Notes under the pieces: model-generated
Told to the model about the DNA's origin: nothing
Databases searched by the model: none
What the model saw: only the letters and a program-made list of their open reading frames with translations
Shown: one piece after another, positions 39,600 through 49,084 of the stretch
Numbering within the stretch: the stretch's first letter is position 1
Layout: each line of letters begins with the position of its first letter
Assembly: GCA_963422735.1 (NCBI GenBank)
Contig: OY730476.1
Location: forward strand, 3,104,001-3,168,000
Length of the DNA: 64,000 bases
Reading direction: 5' to 3'
Source of the DNA: Candidatus Latescibacterota bacterium
GTDB taxonomy: Bacteria > Latescibacterota > UBA2968 > UBA8231
Program-made: the position numbers and the translations under genes

Positions 39600-40271
39600 C
39601 TACCCTTCCCCTTCAAAAGCGAGTACGCGCAGCGGAATGGCGTCGGTTTCGGCCGCCGGCAGCGGCTGGGCGAAAAGGTAAACGCGGGGTTGTCGCAGGT
39701 CGCCTAAGCGGTCCAAGCTCTCGATCAGGGGAATGCCGCATGCGAAGAGTAGGCGGTGGTTGGGCAGGCTGCAGTCGCCCGGAATATCTAGGCCGGGAGT
39801 GTCGATACCGACCAATTTGACGCCTACCTCGACGAGCCACTGCAAAGCTGCGGTCGAAGGGTAAGGCGGATAAGAACCAGCGGTAGCTCGTTGATCCCAA
39901 TCAAAGCGAAAGAGTGCGATGTCGCCCGGACGGGCGCCTCCACCCGGATCGGCGGCCCGTTGGAGTTGCGCTGGCGAAAGCGGCTCACCTAGCGGAGCAT
40001 CACTAAAGTCGAAGACGATGGCCTCGCCGAAAAAGCACTCGACATCGAGATCGGCGATGGCAGGGCCGTCTTGCACGGCGTGCAAAGGCCCCTCGACATG
40101 GGTGCCGGCGTGCCCGCCCATTTCGATGCTGGTAGTGATATACCAGCGATCGGTCGGCGGATCATCGACGGGAACGCGCGCCGTGCGGTAGTGGATGAGG
40201 CGACCTTCCGACGGCGTGATGGTCCGCGAAAGGTCGATCATGCGGCTGTAGGCAAACGAGGGAACCTTCAC
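39600..40271 (-). CDS. Cyclase family (kynurenine formamidase-like) metal-dependent hydrolase
   Basis: HAGTHVEGPLH, VGIDTP, LIESL. Confidence 0.85.
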   Translation of the reverse strand: MKVPSFAYSRMIDLSRTITPSEGRLIHYRTARVPVDDPPTDRWYITTSIEMGGHAGTHVEGPLHAVQDGPAIADLDVECFFGEAIVFDFSDAPLGEPLSPAQLQRAADPGGGARPGDIALFRFDWDQRATAGSYPPYPSTAALQWLVEVGVKLVGIDTPGLDIPGDCSLPNHRLLFACGIPLIESLDRLGDLRQPRVYLFAQPLPAAETDAIPLRVLAFEGEG

Positions 40272-41047
40272 GCGATGGCTTTCTTGAGGGCGACAGCGGT
40301 CTCGCCGTCGTCGGCATAAGCCGGCAGCGCACCACTCAGCGTTACTCTCCCATCGTAGCCGGCAGTGTGCAACGTGTGCAGAAAGAGTGCGTGATCGGTC
40401 GGCGTGGTTTGCGGTTGGCCGCGCCCCGGCTCGGCAATGTGGGCGTGAATCAGATGCGGCCCGGCTTCTTTGAGTGCGTCGAAGGACTCGCCGTTGAGCT
40501 TCATGTGGAAGAAGTCGGCCATCAGCTTGGCATGAGAGCGGTTGACGTCCTTTATGAACGCAGTCGCTTCAGAGACTGTATTGAGCAGGTTGGCGTCATC
40601 TCGGTTATAGGGCTCAAGCGCGACCTTGACGCCCCGTGGCTCGCCGAGATCGGCGCACAGGTGCAAGAAGTCGGCGACCTGTTGGCGGGCTTTGTTGTGG
40701 TCGAAACCGTCGGTCACCCAGCGCGAACCACCGCTCCCATAGCCGATGACCTCAACCCCGGCCCGCTGCATCAGGTCGAAGACCCTAGTCACAAAAGTAC
40801 GCAGCCGTTCCAAGCTCACGTCGGGGCCGACGATCATCAGCCCACGCCCCTGCGGGTCGGGAATAAAGCCGCACATCGTCTTCATCTGTAGCGGGTGTTT
40901 TTCCAAAAGCGCTAGGCACTCGCGCTCGGTCTGGGGGTCGTCTGCGTCGGCACCGAACAGACCGGGGAAGCCTTCGAGATAGTCGAAGTCCCAATCAACG
41001 GACTCTTCAAGCTCTTGACGATTGGTAACTAGGAGGCCGATCTGCAC
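40268..41047 (-). CDS. Sugar phosphate isomerase/epimerase (TIM barrel)
   Basis: GSGGSR, LEPYNR, ADFFHM, HAHIAE. Likely GTG start at 41047. Confidence 0.8.
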   Translation of the reverse strand: MQIGLLVTNRQELEESVDWDFDYLEGFPGLFGADADDPQTERECLALLEKHPLQMKTMCGFIPDPQGRGLMIVGPDVSLERLRTFVTRVFDLMQRAGVEVIGYGSGGSRWVTDGFDHNKARQQVADFLHLCADLGEPRGVKVALEPYNRDDANLLNTVSEATAFIKDVNRSHAKLMADFFHMKLNGESFDALKEAGPHLIHAHIAEPGRGQPQTTPTDHALFLHTLHTAGYDGRVTLSGALPAYADDGETAVALKKAIA

Positions 41048-41049
41048 GA

Positions 41050-42138
41050 TTACTTGTCCCTGATCCAGCTCATGCCCTCGCCGCGGACCAGAAAGGAGCG
41101 CTCGTCCCAATGGCCGGGCCGGGTGACGGGCATACGGCCCTCCTCGACGGCGACGTCGAGCGGGTTGTCGCGGGTTTGCAGCGGCAGAGCCACGCGCTCG
41201 TGCAGCCTAGCCGACTCATAGACGCCCATCATAATCTCGGTGGCAGCCTTGCCGTGCTCGGCCTTGCCATAGTAGTCCTCAAAGTCCCCCTCGATCCAGC
41301 GGCAGATCCCGTAGGCCTGATCGACGAAGGCGTTGCCGTAGCCGCCGGCCTTGTCGGTGGGCGCGAGCTCCTGCCAGCCATTGGAACTGGCCGTCATATA
41401 GCGCAGGCTATTGTCGCTGACGACTATCATGCCGTCTTCGCCATAGATGGTAGCACCCACCTGATAAATATCGTTCATCTCGTTTTCGATCACGCCCTCG
41501 ACCCCGTCGGGATAGCCGATGATCCCCACGCAGCGGTCTTCGACCCGGTGGCCGAAGACGAAGTGATCCGTGTGGCGCTCGACCGAGCCCATGACCCATT
41601 CGGCCTGCGGGTCGCCGAGGGCGTAGAGCTGGAAGTCGATGCAGTGGGTACCGGTGTTCATCATTCCGGCCTTGACCGCGGACCACAGCCGCTGCGGCTT
41701 GCCGATGGCTCCGTCAGCGATCATCTGCCGAGCCTCGCGCCAAGAAGAATAAAAGCGGCGCTGGTGGCCGATGGCTAGCTTGACGTTATTGCGCTCTGCG
41801 GCGATGACCATGGCCTCGGCCTCGCCCAAAGAGACGGCCATAGGCTTTTCGCAGAGTACGGCTTTGGGCCGGCGCGAGCAGGCGGCGATGGACATTTCCG
41901 CGTGCTGGGGGTCCCAAGAGCAAACGCTGACGATGTCGAGATTTTCCACATCGAGCATCTCTCGGTAGTCGAGGTACTGTTTTTCGACGGTGAAATCCGC
42001 GGCGTAGCTGGCTAAGGCTTCGGAGTGGGAGTCGGCACAGGCGACGATTTCAGCGTGTTTACACTCGGCCCAACCGCGGCCGTGCTCGCGGGCAATGCGG
42101 CCGGCGGCAATGACGCCTACGCGATATTTGGCGGGCAT
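41050..42138 (-). CDS. Gfo/Idh/MocA oxidoreductase
   Basis: LCEKPMA, GHQRRF, GTHCID. Confidence 0.88.
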   Translation of the reverse strand: MPAKYRVGVIAAGRIAREHGRGWAECKHAEIVACADSHSEALASYAADFTVEKQYLDYREMLDVENLDIVSVCSWDPQHAEMSIAACSRRPKAVLCEKPMAVSLGEAEAMVIAAERNNVKLAIGHQRRFYSSWREARQMIADGAIGKPQRLWSAVKAGMMNTGTHCIDFQLYALGDPQAEWVMGSVERHTDHFVFGHRVEDRCVGIIGYPDGVEGVIENEMNDIYQVGATIYGEDGMIVVSDNSLRYMTASSNGWQELAPTDKAGGYGNAFVDQAYGICRWIEGDFEDYYGKAEHGKAATEIMMGVYESARLHERVALPLQTRDNPLDVAVEEGRMPVTRPGHWDERSFLVRGEGMSWIRDK

Positions 42139-42147
42139 AGAGTCCTT

Positions 42148-42231
42148 TCAGTGGTTAGTGGTCAGCGGCCAGTCCTCCCCCCTCCTTCTTGGTGGGAAGG
42201 GGATGGGGCAAGCCACTGGGCACTGACCACT
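42148..42231. repeat. TCAGTGG heptamer tandem repeat with inverted copies forming a long hairpin
   Basis: tcagtgg-ttagtgg-tcagcgg-ccagt at 42148-42173, and inverse ccactgggcactgaccact at 42213-42231. Confidence 0.6.
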
Positions 42232-42234
42232 TTT

Positions 42235-42259
42235 GGGCACCCACAAGGGGTGCCCCTAC
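42235..42259 (-). repeat. GTAG-type REP-like palindrome
   Basis: Minus strand GTAGGGGCACCCCTTGTGGGTGCCC. Its TAG serves as the stop codon of the SPFH gene. Confidence 0.65.
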
Positions 42260-43170
42260 TTGGCGTCGCCTAGGTGCATCAGCGGCAGTGGTGCCGGGCT
42301 GTCGCCGTCGATGAAATAGACCTTGGCGGCCGGATCCTTGGAGATGGCTTGCAGGGCTTCGAGCGCTTGGAGCTTGACGTAGTTGGGATTTTTGCCGATG
42401 GCTTCGTTGATCTTGGTGATCTCGTAGGCCCGGGCGTCGGCGAGCAGGCGGCGCTTTTCGGCCTCGGCCGAGGCGGCGTCCTTTTCGGCCTCGGCGGCGG
42501 CGACTTTCTGTTTCTGCTCGGTGGTGAAGCGCTCTAGCTCGGCCTTTTGCTTTTCAACTTCCTGCTCGCGCTCTTTTTTGGCCTCAATGGCCTTGGTGAT
42601 AAAGGGCGGCAGCGAGATATCGCGAATCAACACGGCTTCGACCGCGACCCCTTTGGTGCCCAGATAATCTTTCAGGCCTTCGAGCAGGGCGATCTGCAAC
42701 ATCGCCTGGGTCTCCTCCAAAAAGAAATCCTCGGCGCGTTTGATGCTCTTGCCCTGTTCGCGGATCTGCGACCTCAGCTTGGGGACGATGTGTACGGCGA
42801 GCACGTCGCCAATATTGCCGGTCTCTTTTAGGATGCTCGGCGTTTGGTCGGCGACGAGGCGGTACTGGACACTGACGTCAATCTTGGTCTGTAGCTGGTC
42901 TTGGCTGGGGACGTTGGAGGTTTCGGAGTGGGACTTCTGGCGCACGTCGTAGAAGTGCCATTGGTAGAGCGGGTTGACGGGGATGTGCAAGCCCTCGCCG
43001 AAGTGCTTGGTCTGGACTTCGCCAAAGAGGGTGGCGACGGCGATGTGGCCGGCCGGGACGCTTTGGTAGAAGCGCGGGCTGATGAGGAATACGAGGAATA
43101 CGGCGGCGATGATGGCGAGGATAGACTTAGGTAGCTGGATCATGGGGGACCTCCTTACGGGCTGGGACAT
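42256..43170 (-). CDS. SPFH/prohibitin (band 7) family protein
   Basis: N-terminal TM, VPAGH, EGLH, LIRDISLP, C-terminal coiled coil. Confidence 0.88.
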   Translation of the reverse strand: MSQPVRRSPMIQLPKSILAIIAAVFLVFLISPRFYQSVPAGHIAVATLFGEVQTKHFGEGLHIPVNPLYQWHFYDVRQKSHSETSNVPSQDQLQTKIDVSVQYRLVADQTPSILKETGNIGDVLAVHIVPKLRSQIREQGKSIKRAEDFFLEETQAMLQIALLEGLKDYLGTKGVAVEAVLIRDISLPPFITKAIEAKKEREQEVEKQKAELERFTTEQKQKVAAAEAEKDAASAEAEKRRLLADARAYEITKINEAIGKNPNYVKLQALEALQAISKDPAAKVYFIDGDSPAPLPLMHLGDAK

Positions 43171-43286
43171 TTTTACCTACCTTTGTTAGGTGAGGGGAGT
43201 TGGTAGCCTAGAAGGTAAATCCTCTACCTGAAAATGTCCATTAAAACACCCAAGACCATACACTCGGCCGCGAGCGGGCGGATGTT

Positions 43287-44666
43287 GTGCTCCTGACCAT
43301 AAGTACGGTCCATCAACCCGCCACGGACTTGGGCTATCTCCTGCACAAGCATCCGGGCCGCGCCCAAGCCTTCGAGTTGCCCTTCGGGACGGCTCATGTC
43401 TTCTACCCGGAAGCCTCGTCTGAGCGATGCACAGCCGCGTTGTTCCTCGACGTAGATCCAACCACGCTCAAGCGGAGTTCGGCGTCCCCTAACTTCGCGC
43501 TGGCTTCTTATGTCAACGACCGTCCCTACGCGGTCTCTTCTTTTACCAGCGTAGCCATTGCCCGAGTGTTTACCTCGGCCTTGAACGGACAGTGCCGAGA
43601 ACGGGCCGAGCTAGTAGAAAAGGCCCTGCCACTGCGAGTGGGCGTCAGTGCGCTGCCCTGCCGGGGGGGTGAGGACTTGTTGCGCGGCCTCTTTGAGCCG
43701 TTGGGCTATGCGGTGGAGGCTAGAGGCTTCTTGCTCGACGAGCGTTTTCCAGAGTGGGGGAACAGCCCCTATTATGAGGTCGAGTTACAGTGCGGGCGGC
43801 CATTAAAAGAAGTGCTGGCGCATCTGTACGTACTGATACCGGTGCTTGACGACGAGAAGCACTACTACGTGGGCGAGGAAGAGATCGACAAGCTGATGAG
43901 GCGAGGCGAGGAGTGGCTGGCAGGCCACCCGCTGCGCGACCTAGTCGTCGAGCGCTACCTAAAGCACCAGCGAGGTCTGAAGCAGGCCGCGCTGTCGCGG
44001 CTTTTGGTAGAGGAAGCAGGGGAGGCCGAAAGTCACGCGGGCGAAGAGGCACTCGAAGCGGAGCTGAGCTTGAACCAGCAGCGCTTGGCCGCCGTGTTCG
44101 AGGTGCTCAAGGCGAGCGGTGCCCGACGAGTGCTGGACCTTGGCTGTGGGGAAGGACGGCTGCTCGCGCTCTTGGCCGCGGAGGTGCAGTTTGCCGAAGT
44201 GGCGGGGATGGATGTGTCGCCCCAAGCCCTGTCGCGCGCTCGCCGGCGGCTAGCGAGGCTGCCACGCGGCGAACAGGTCGCGGTGTTTCAAGGCTCGCTG
44301 GCCTATCGCGACGCTCGGTTGGGCGGGTACGACGCCGCGGCGTTGGTGGAGGTCGTCGAGCATTTGGATCCGCCGCAGCGACGGGCCTGCGAGCGCGCCG
44401 TGTTCGAGTTCGCCCGCCCCGCTACGGTGGTAATAACCACCCCCAACGCTGAATACAACGCCCATTGGGACGCGCTGCCGGCCGGTGCCTTCCGCCATCC
44501 CGACCACCGCTTTGAGTGGCGGCGGGCGGAATTCGGGGCGTGGGCCGAGCAGGTGGGGAAGCACTATGGATATGCCGTGCGCGTCGCACCCATCGGCCCG
44601 GAGGCCCCTTCGCTAGGTGCGCCGACACAAATGGCGATTTTCTCTGCAGAGGGCATAGGTGGCTGA
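43287..44666 (+). CDS. hen1: 3' terminal RNA ribose 2'-O-methyltransferase Hen1
   Basis: MLLTIST..PATDLGYLLHKHP, YVNDRPY, LDDEKHY, LDLGCGEG, EVVEHLD, TTPN.EYN, RHPDHRFEW. Confidence 0.95.
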   Translation: MLLTISTVHQPATDLGYLLHKHPGRAQAFELPFGTAHVFYPEASSERCTAALFLDVDPTTLKRSSASPNFALASYVNDRPYAVSSFTSVAIARVFTSALNGQCRERAELVEKALPLRVGVSALPCRGGEDLLRGLFEPLGYAVEARGFLLDERFPEWGNSPYYEVELQCGRPLKEVLAHLYVLIPVLDDEKHYYVGEEEIDKLMRRGEEWLAGHPLRDLVVERYLKHQRGLKQAALSRLLVEEAGEAESHAGEEALEAELSLNQQRLAAVFEVLKASGARRVLDLGCGEGRLLALLAAEVQFAEVAGMDVSPQALSRARRRLARLPRGEQVAVFQGSLAYRDARLGGYDAAALVEVVEHLDPPQRRACERAVFEFARPATVVITTPNAEYNAHWDALPAGAFRHPDHRFEWRRAEFGAWAEQVGKHYGYAVRVAPIGPEAPSLGAPTQMAIFSAEGIGG

Positions 44667-47184
44667 CGAGAAAATTCGCCTCTCGATACCCGACCTCTCG
44701 TTGGTGGTGCTAATCGGCGTCTCTAGCGCGGGCAAATCGACCTTTGCCCGCGAGCACTTCCTCCCGACCGAAGTGCTTTCCGCGGACTTTTTTCGCGGAC
44801 TGGTCGCAGACGATGAAAATAGTCTAGAGGCCACAGACGATGCATTTGCCGCCCTGCACTTTGTCGCCGCTCGCCGCTTGGCGCGGGGCCTGTTGACCGT
44901 GGTCGATGCGACCAACGTCCAGCCCGAGGCGCGGAAGCCGCTGGTGGAACTGGCCAAGCGCTATCACGCCCAGCCGGTGGCCATCATCTTCGACCTGCCC
45001 CAATCGCTCTGCAAGGAGCGCGCGGCCGGGCGTACAGACCGCGACTTGCCCCCCCACGTAATCCCCCGGCAACACCGTCAGCTACGCCGCGGCCTCAAGG
45101 GGCTCAAGCGCGAGGGCTTTCGCCGCTCCTTTGCGCTGCGCTCGCCCGCAGACGTGGCGCGGGTCGAAGTGGTGCGGGAAAAGCTGTGGCCCGACCGCCG
45201 CGAGGAGCGCGGTCCGTTTGACATCATCGGCGATGTACACGGGTGTTGCGTCGAACTCGAAGCTCTGCTCGGCCAGCTAGGGTATCGCATCTCAGGGGAA
45301 AAGGTGGAGCCACCGCCGGGGCGCAAGGCCATTTTCGTCGGCGATTTGGTGGACCGCGGCCCCGATGCCCCCGGTGTCCTCGCACTGGTCATGCGCATGG
45401 TGGAGTCAGGCGCGGCGCTGTGCGTACCGGGCAATCACGACGCGCGCTTGATCCGGGCCTTGCAGGGCAGAAAGGTCCAACGCACGCACGGCTTGGCGGA
45501 GACGCTCGCCCAACTCGCCGACGAGACGACGGAGTTTAAGAAAAAAGTCGCGACCTTTCTCGGCGGCCTAGTCAGCCACTACGTCCTCGACGGGGGGGCG
45601 CTGGTTGTAGCGCACGCTGGCATGAAGGAGGAGATGGCTGGCCGCGCCTCCGGGGCCGTGCGTGCATTTGCCCTGTACGGGGACGCCACGGGCGAGGAGG
45701 ACGAATTTGGCTTGCCAGTGCGCCGCAATTGGGCGGCCGAGTATCGGGGTCGCGCCCGCGTGGTCTATGGACACACGCCAGTGGCCCAGCCCGAATGGCT
45801 CAACAACGCGATCAACATCGACACGGGCTGCGTCTTTGGCGGCGCGCTGACGGTGCTGCGCTATCCCGAGCTGGAGCTCGTATCCGTCCCGGCCAAGGCG
45901 CAGTACGCCGACCCGGTCCGCCCCTTGGCAGTGCAACAGACGCACGGCGATGTGCTCGATCTAGCGGATGTGGCCGGGGGCCGGCGCGTCGAGACGCGGT
46001 TGATGGGCCGAGTTACCGTTCATTCGGAGCGGGCGGCTGCGGCGCTGGAGGTGATGAGCCGCTTTGCCGTTGATCACCGATGGTTGGTCTATCTGCCGCC
46101 GACGATGGCCCCGCCCCAAACCAGCACCCGCCCCGACTTGCTCGAACACCCGGACGAGGTCCTGGCGTCCTATCGCCGCTGTGGCGTACGCGAGCTCATC
46201 TGCGAGGAGAAGCAGATGGGTTCGCGGGCCGTGCTGATCGTCTGCCGCGACCCGGCGACAGCACAGCGTCGCTTTGGGGTTGAGGACGGCAGCGCGGGCA
46301 TCTGCTACACGCGCACGGGCCGCCGCTTCTTTACGGATGTAGGCTTGGAAGCGAAGCTCTTGGACTGCTTGCGCCGGGCCTTTGAGCACAGCGAGCTGTG
46401 GCGTGCGCTGGCAACGGACTGGGCGATACTCGACGCCGAGATCATGCCTTGGTCGGCCAAGGCGCAGCAGCTACTTGAAGACCAGTACGCAGCGGTGGGC
46501 GCGGCGGCACGAGTGTCGATGGCAGCGGCCGTGGACGCGCTGGGGCAGGCAGTGGCGCGGGGCGTGGCCGTAGGCGAGCTGTTGAGCCGTTGCCGCGACC
46601 GGGCCGAGTCCGTGGCACACTATGCAGCAGCCTATCGCCCCTATTGCTGGCCAGTGCATTCGCTTAAGGATCTCAAAGTGGCGCCTTTTCACCTCTTGGC
46701 CACGGAGGGGCAGGTTCGCGTCAACCAGACCCATGCATGGCATCTAGAAACCTTGGACAAGCTCTGCGCGGCCGAGCCGGAGTTGCTGTGCGCGATAGAT
46801 CGCCGGCGGGTGGTTTTGGACGATATGCACAGCAGCAGCGCAGCGGTCCAGTGGTGGGAAGAACTGACCGCAAGCGGCAGCGAGGGTTTCGTCGCCAAGC
46901 CCTTGGACTTCGTCTGCACAGACGGACGCGGTCTCGTCCAGCCGGCGCTCAAGTGCCGGGGCCGTGCGTACCTGCGGCTGATCTACGGGCCTGAGTACAC
47001 GGAGCGCATAGATCTTTTGCGCCGCCGCAACCTCAAGGGCAAGCAGGCGTTGGCATTGCGGGAATTCGCGCTGGGGGTGGAGGGCCTGGAGCGGTTTGTC
47101 GCCGGGCAGCCCTTGTACCGGGTACACGAATGCGTCTTTGGGGTCTTGGCGTTGGAAAGTGAGCCGATTGACCCTCGGTTCTAG
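44659..47184 (+). CDS. pnkp: Polynucleotide kinase-phosphatase-ligase Pnkp
   Basis: Kinase GVSSAGKST/DATN, phosphoesterase GDVHG/GDLVDRG/GNHD, ligase EEKQMGSR/KCRGR. Ends ESEPIDPRF. Confidence 0.95.
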   Translation: MADEKIRLSIPDLSLVVLIGVSSAGKSTFAREHFLPTEVLSADFFRGLVADDENSLEATDDAFAALHFVAARRLARGLLTVVDATNVQPEARKPLVELAKRYHAQPVAIIFDLPQSLCKERAAGRTDRDLPPHVIPRQHRQLRRGLKGLKREGFRRSFALRSPADVARVEVVREKLWPDRREERGPFDIIGDVHGCCVELEALLGQLGYRISGEKVEPPPGRKAIFVGDLVDRGPDAPGVLALVMRMVESGAALCVPGNHDARLIRALQGRKVQRTHGLAETLAQLADETTEFKKKVATFLGGLVSHYVLDGGALVVAHAGMKEEMAGRASGAVRAFALYGDATGEEDEFGLPVRRNWAAEYRGRARVVYGHTPVAQPEWLNNAINIDTGCVFGGALTVLRYPELELVSVPAKAQYADPVRPLAVQQTHGDVLDLADVAGGRRVETRLMGRVTVHSERAAAALEVMSRFAVDHRWLVYLPPTMAPPQTSTRPDLLEHPDEVLASYRRCGVRELICEEKQMGSRAVLIVCRDPATAQRRFGVEDGSAGICYTRTGRRFFTDVGLEAKLLDCLRRAFEHSELWRALATDWAILDAEIMPWSAKAQQLLEDQYAAVGAAARVSMAAAVDALGQAVARGVAVGELLSRCRDRAESVAHYAAAYRPYCWPVHSLKDLKVAPFHLLATEGQVRVNQTHAWHLETLDKLCAAEPELLCAIDRRRVVLDDMHSSSAAVQWWEELTASGSEGFVAKPLDFVCTDGRGLVQPALKCRGRAYLRLIYGPEYTERIDLLRRRNLKGKQALALREFALGVEGLERFVAGQPLYRVHECVFGVLALESEPIDPRF

Positions 47185-47264
47185 GAATGGGCCGCTTGCG
47201 CCGCGGCCCACTGTCTCGGTATTATCAAGCAGTACGTCCAGTACGTCTCGACGGAGGACAGACC

Positions 47265-47834
47265 ATGATTAGCATTACCGAAGCGGCAGAAAAGAAAATT
47301 GCCAACCTAGTCGCCGAGAGCGAAAAGCCGGTCAAGGGCCTGCGCATCGGCGCCCGTCTCGATCCTGCCAAGCAGGTTGACTACAAGCTGGCATTCATAT
47401 CCGACCAGCAGGTAGGCAGCGACGATCAGGTCTCCCACTTCGCGGGTTTTGACGTGTACATGGATCCCGAAAGTGCCGACTTGTTGGCGGAAGCCAAGGT
47501 GGATTACGTAGATGGGCTTATGGGTTCGGGCTTCAAGATCGAGCACCCGCGCAAGATGCCCGCGCACCTGAGCGGCCCGGTGGCCGAGGCCGTGCATCGC
47601 GTCATCGAAACCCAAATCAACCCGGGCGTAGCCGCGCACGGCGGCGTGGTGACTTTAGTGGACATCAAGGGCAACACGGTCTTCGTGCAGATGGGCGGGG
47701 GCTGTCAGGGCTGTGGCCAAGCGGATGCGACGCTCAAACAAGGCATCATTCGCATGATCAAGGAAGCGGTGCCCGAGGTGGAAGCCGTAGTTGACGCGAC
47801 GGATCACGCCTCAGGAGAAAACCCGTACTATTAG
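47265..47834 (+). CDS. nfuA: Fe-S cluster carrier NfuA-like (degenerate A-type domain + NifU domain)
   Basis: ISITEAA, INPGVAAHGG, GGGCQGCG, DATDHASGENPYY. Confidence 0.85.
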   Translation: MISITEAAEKKIANLVAESEKPVKGLRIGARLDPAKQVDYKLAFISDQQVGSDDQVSHFAGFDVYMDPESADLLAEAKVDYVDGLMGSGFKIEHPRKMPAHLSGPVAEAVHRVIETQINPGVAAHGGVVTLVDIKGNTVFVQMGGGCQGCGQADATLKQGIIRMIKEAVPEVEAVVDATDHASGENPYY

Positions 47835-47851
47835 TCCCGAGGAGAGGATCT

Positions 47852-48655
47852 ATGACAACGGCGTTGCCGTTGGTGGCGCGGCCCGATCTTGAGGGCTATG
47901 TGCAGGCGATGAAGGAAGATGGGTACGCCTATTTTCCCAAGGTGCTCAACGAGCAAGAGATCGCCGAGTTGCGCCAAGCCATGGACGATCTGACCGCGCT
48001 GGAGGAAAGCTACGATCGCCACACCGACCCGGCCGTACACGGCTTTCTCAACAAGAGCATCAACAACGCCTTCAACCGCGCGCCGATCTTCGCCCAGTAC
48101 TTGGACCGGCCCGAAATCATCGACCTAGTTGAGGCGGTACACGGCGACGACTGCCACTGCATCGGCATGACGGCCTGGATGACCGGCCCGGGCCGCCCGG
48201 ACCAAACCCTGCACGCCGACTGGCAGCCGCTGACCCTGCCCGAAGCAGTCATGGACCACCCAGAGGTAGAGATTCCGATCTTTATCACTACGGCCCATTA
48301 CTATCTCGACGATCTGACCGAGGATCTGGGGCCGACCCACTTCGTGCCGGGCAGCCACCGCGCGGGTCGGCGGCCCCGAGCGGGCGAGACCAGCTTTAAG
48401 GACGTTGAGGAGCAGAGCATCATGTGTAAGGCCGGCGACTGCGTGCTGTTCCGCTGCGAGGTCTGGCACCGGGGCACGGCCAATACGAGCGAGCAGACGC
48501 GCTACCTGCTCCAAGTACACTACGCCCAGCGCATTATCACCCAGAAGTATCCACCCTATCTGAACAAACTCCAATTCGACGCGGCCCTGTTGGCGCGGGC
48601 CACACCACGGCAGAGGCGACTTTTGGGCGACCACGTGCCGAGCAATTACGACTAG
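47852..48655 (+). CDS. PhyH family protein
   Basis: LHAD, GPTHFVPGSH, WHRGTAN. Confidence 0.88.
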   Translation: MTTALPLVARPDLEGYVQAMKEDGYAYFPKVLNEQEIAELRQAMDDLTALEESYDRHTDPAVHGFLNKSINNAFNRAPIFAQYLDRPEIIDLVEAVHGDDCHCIGMTAWMTGPGRPDQTLHADWQPLTLPEAVMDHPEVEIPIFITTAHYYLDDLTEDLGPTHFVPGSHRAGRRPRAGETSFKDVEEQSIMCKAGDCVLFRCEVWHRGTANTSEQTRYLLQVHYAQRIITQKYPPYLNKLQFDAALLARATPRQRRLLGDHVPSNYD

Positions 48656-48710
48656 AAGCTATCTCATATACCCGGATTACGGCCCCCGCCGAATGGATGA
48701 ATAACGCACT

Positions 48711-49082
48711 ATGGCTGATTCCCCCATATCCGTCCTGCTCTTCGAGGACAATCCCATTCACGCCCGCCTATTGCAGAGCTTGCTGAAACCGGAATTTGCC
48801 GTGGAAGCGGTCGATCATTTAGCCGCTGGCTTGGCGCGGTTAGAAGCCGGCGGCATCGACGCAATCCTCCTCGACCTAGTGCTGCCCGACAGCCAAGAGT
48901 TGGCCACGTTCGAGCGCGTCAAAGCAACCGTCCCTAATGTCCCCGTACTGGTCCTGACCGGCCTCGATGACGAAGTGCTCGCCGAAGAGGCCGTAGCGGC
49001 CGGCGCCCGCGATTACCTAATCAAAACGCAGATCGATGGCGAGAGTTTGGCCCGGTCTATCCGGGCGGCCGTAGTGGGTTAG
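48711..49082 (+). CDS. Single-domain response regulator
   Basis: [20 protein letters not shown]. Confidence 0.88.
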   Translation: MADSPISVLLFEDNPIHARLLQSLLKPEFAVEAVDHLAAGLARLEAGGIDAILLDLVLPDSQELATFERVKATVPNVPVLVLTGLDDEVLAEEAVAAGARDYLIKTQIDGESLARSIRAAVVG

Positions 49083-49084
49083 CG

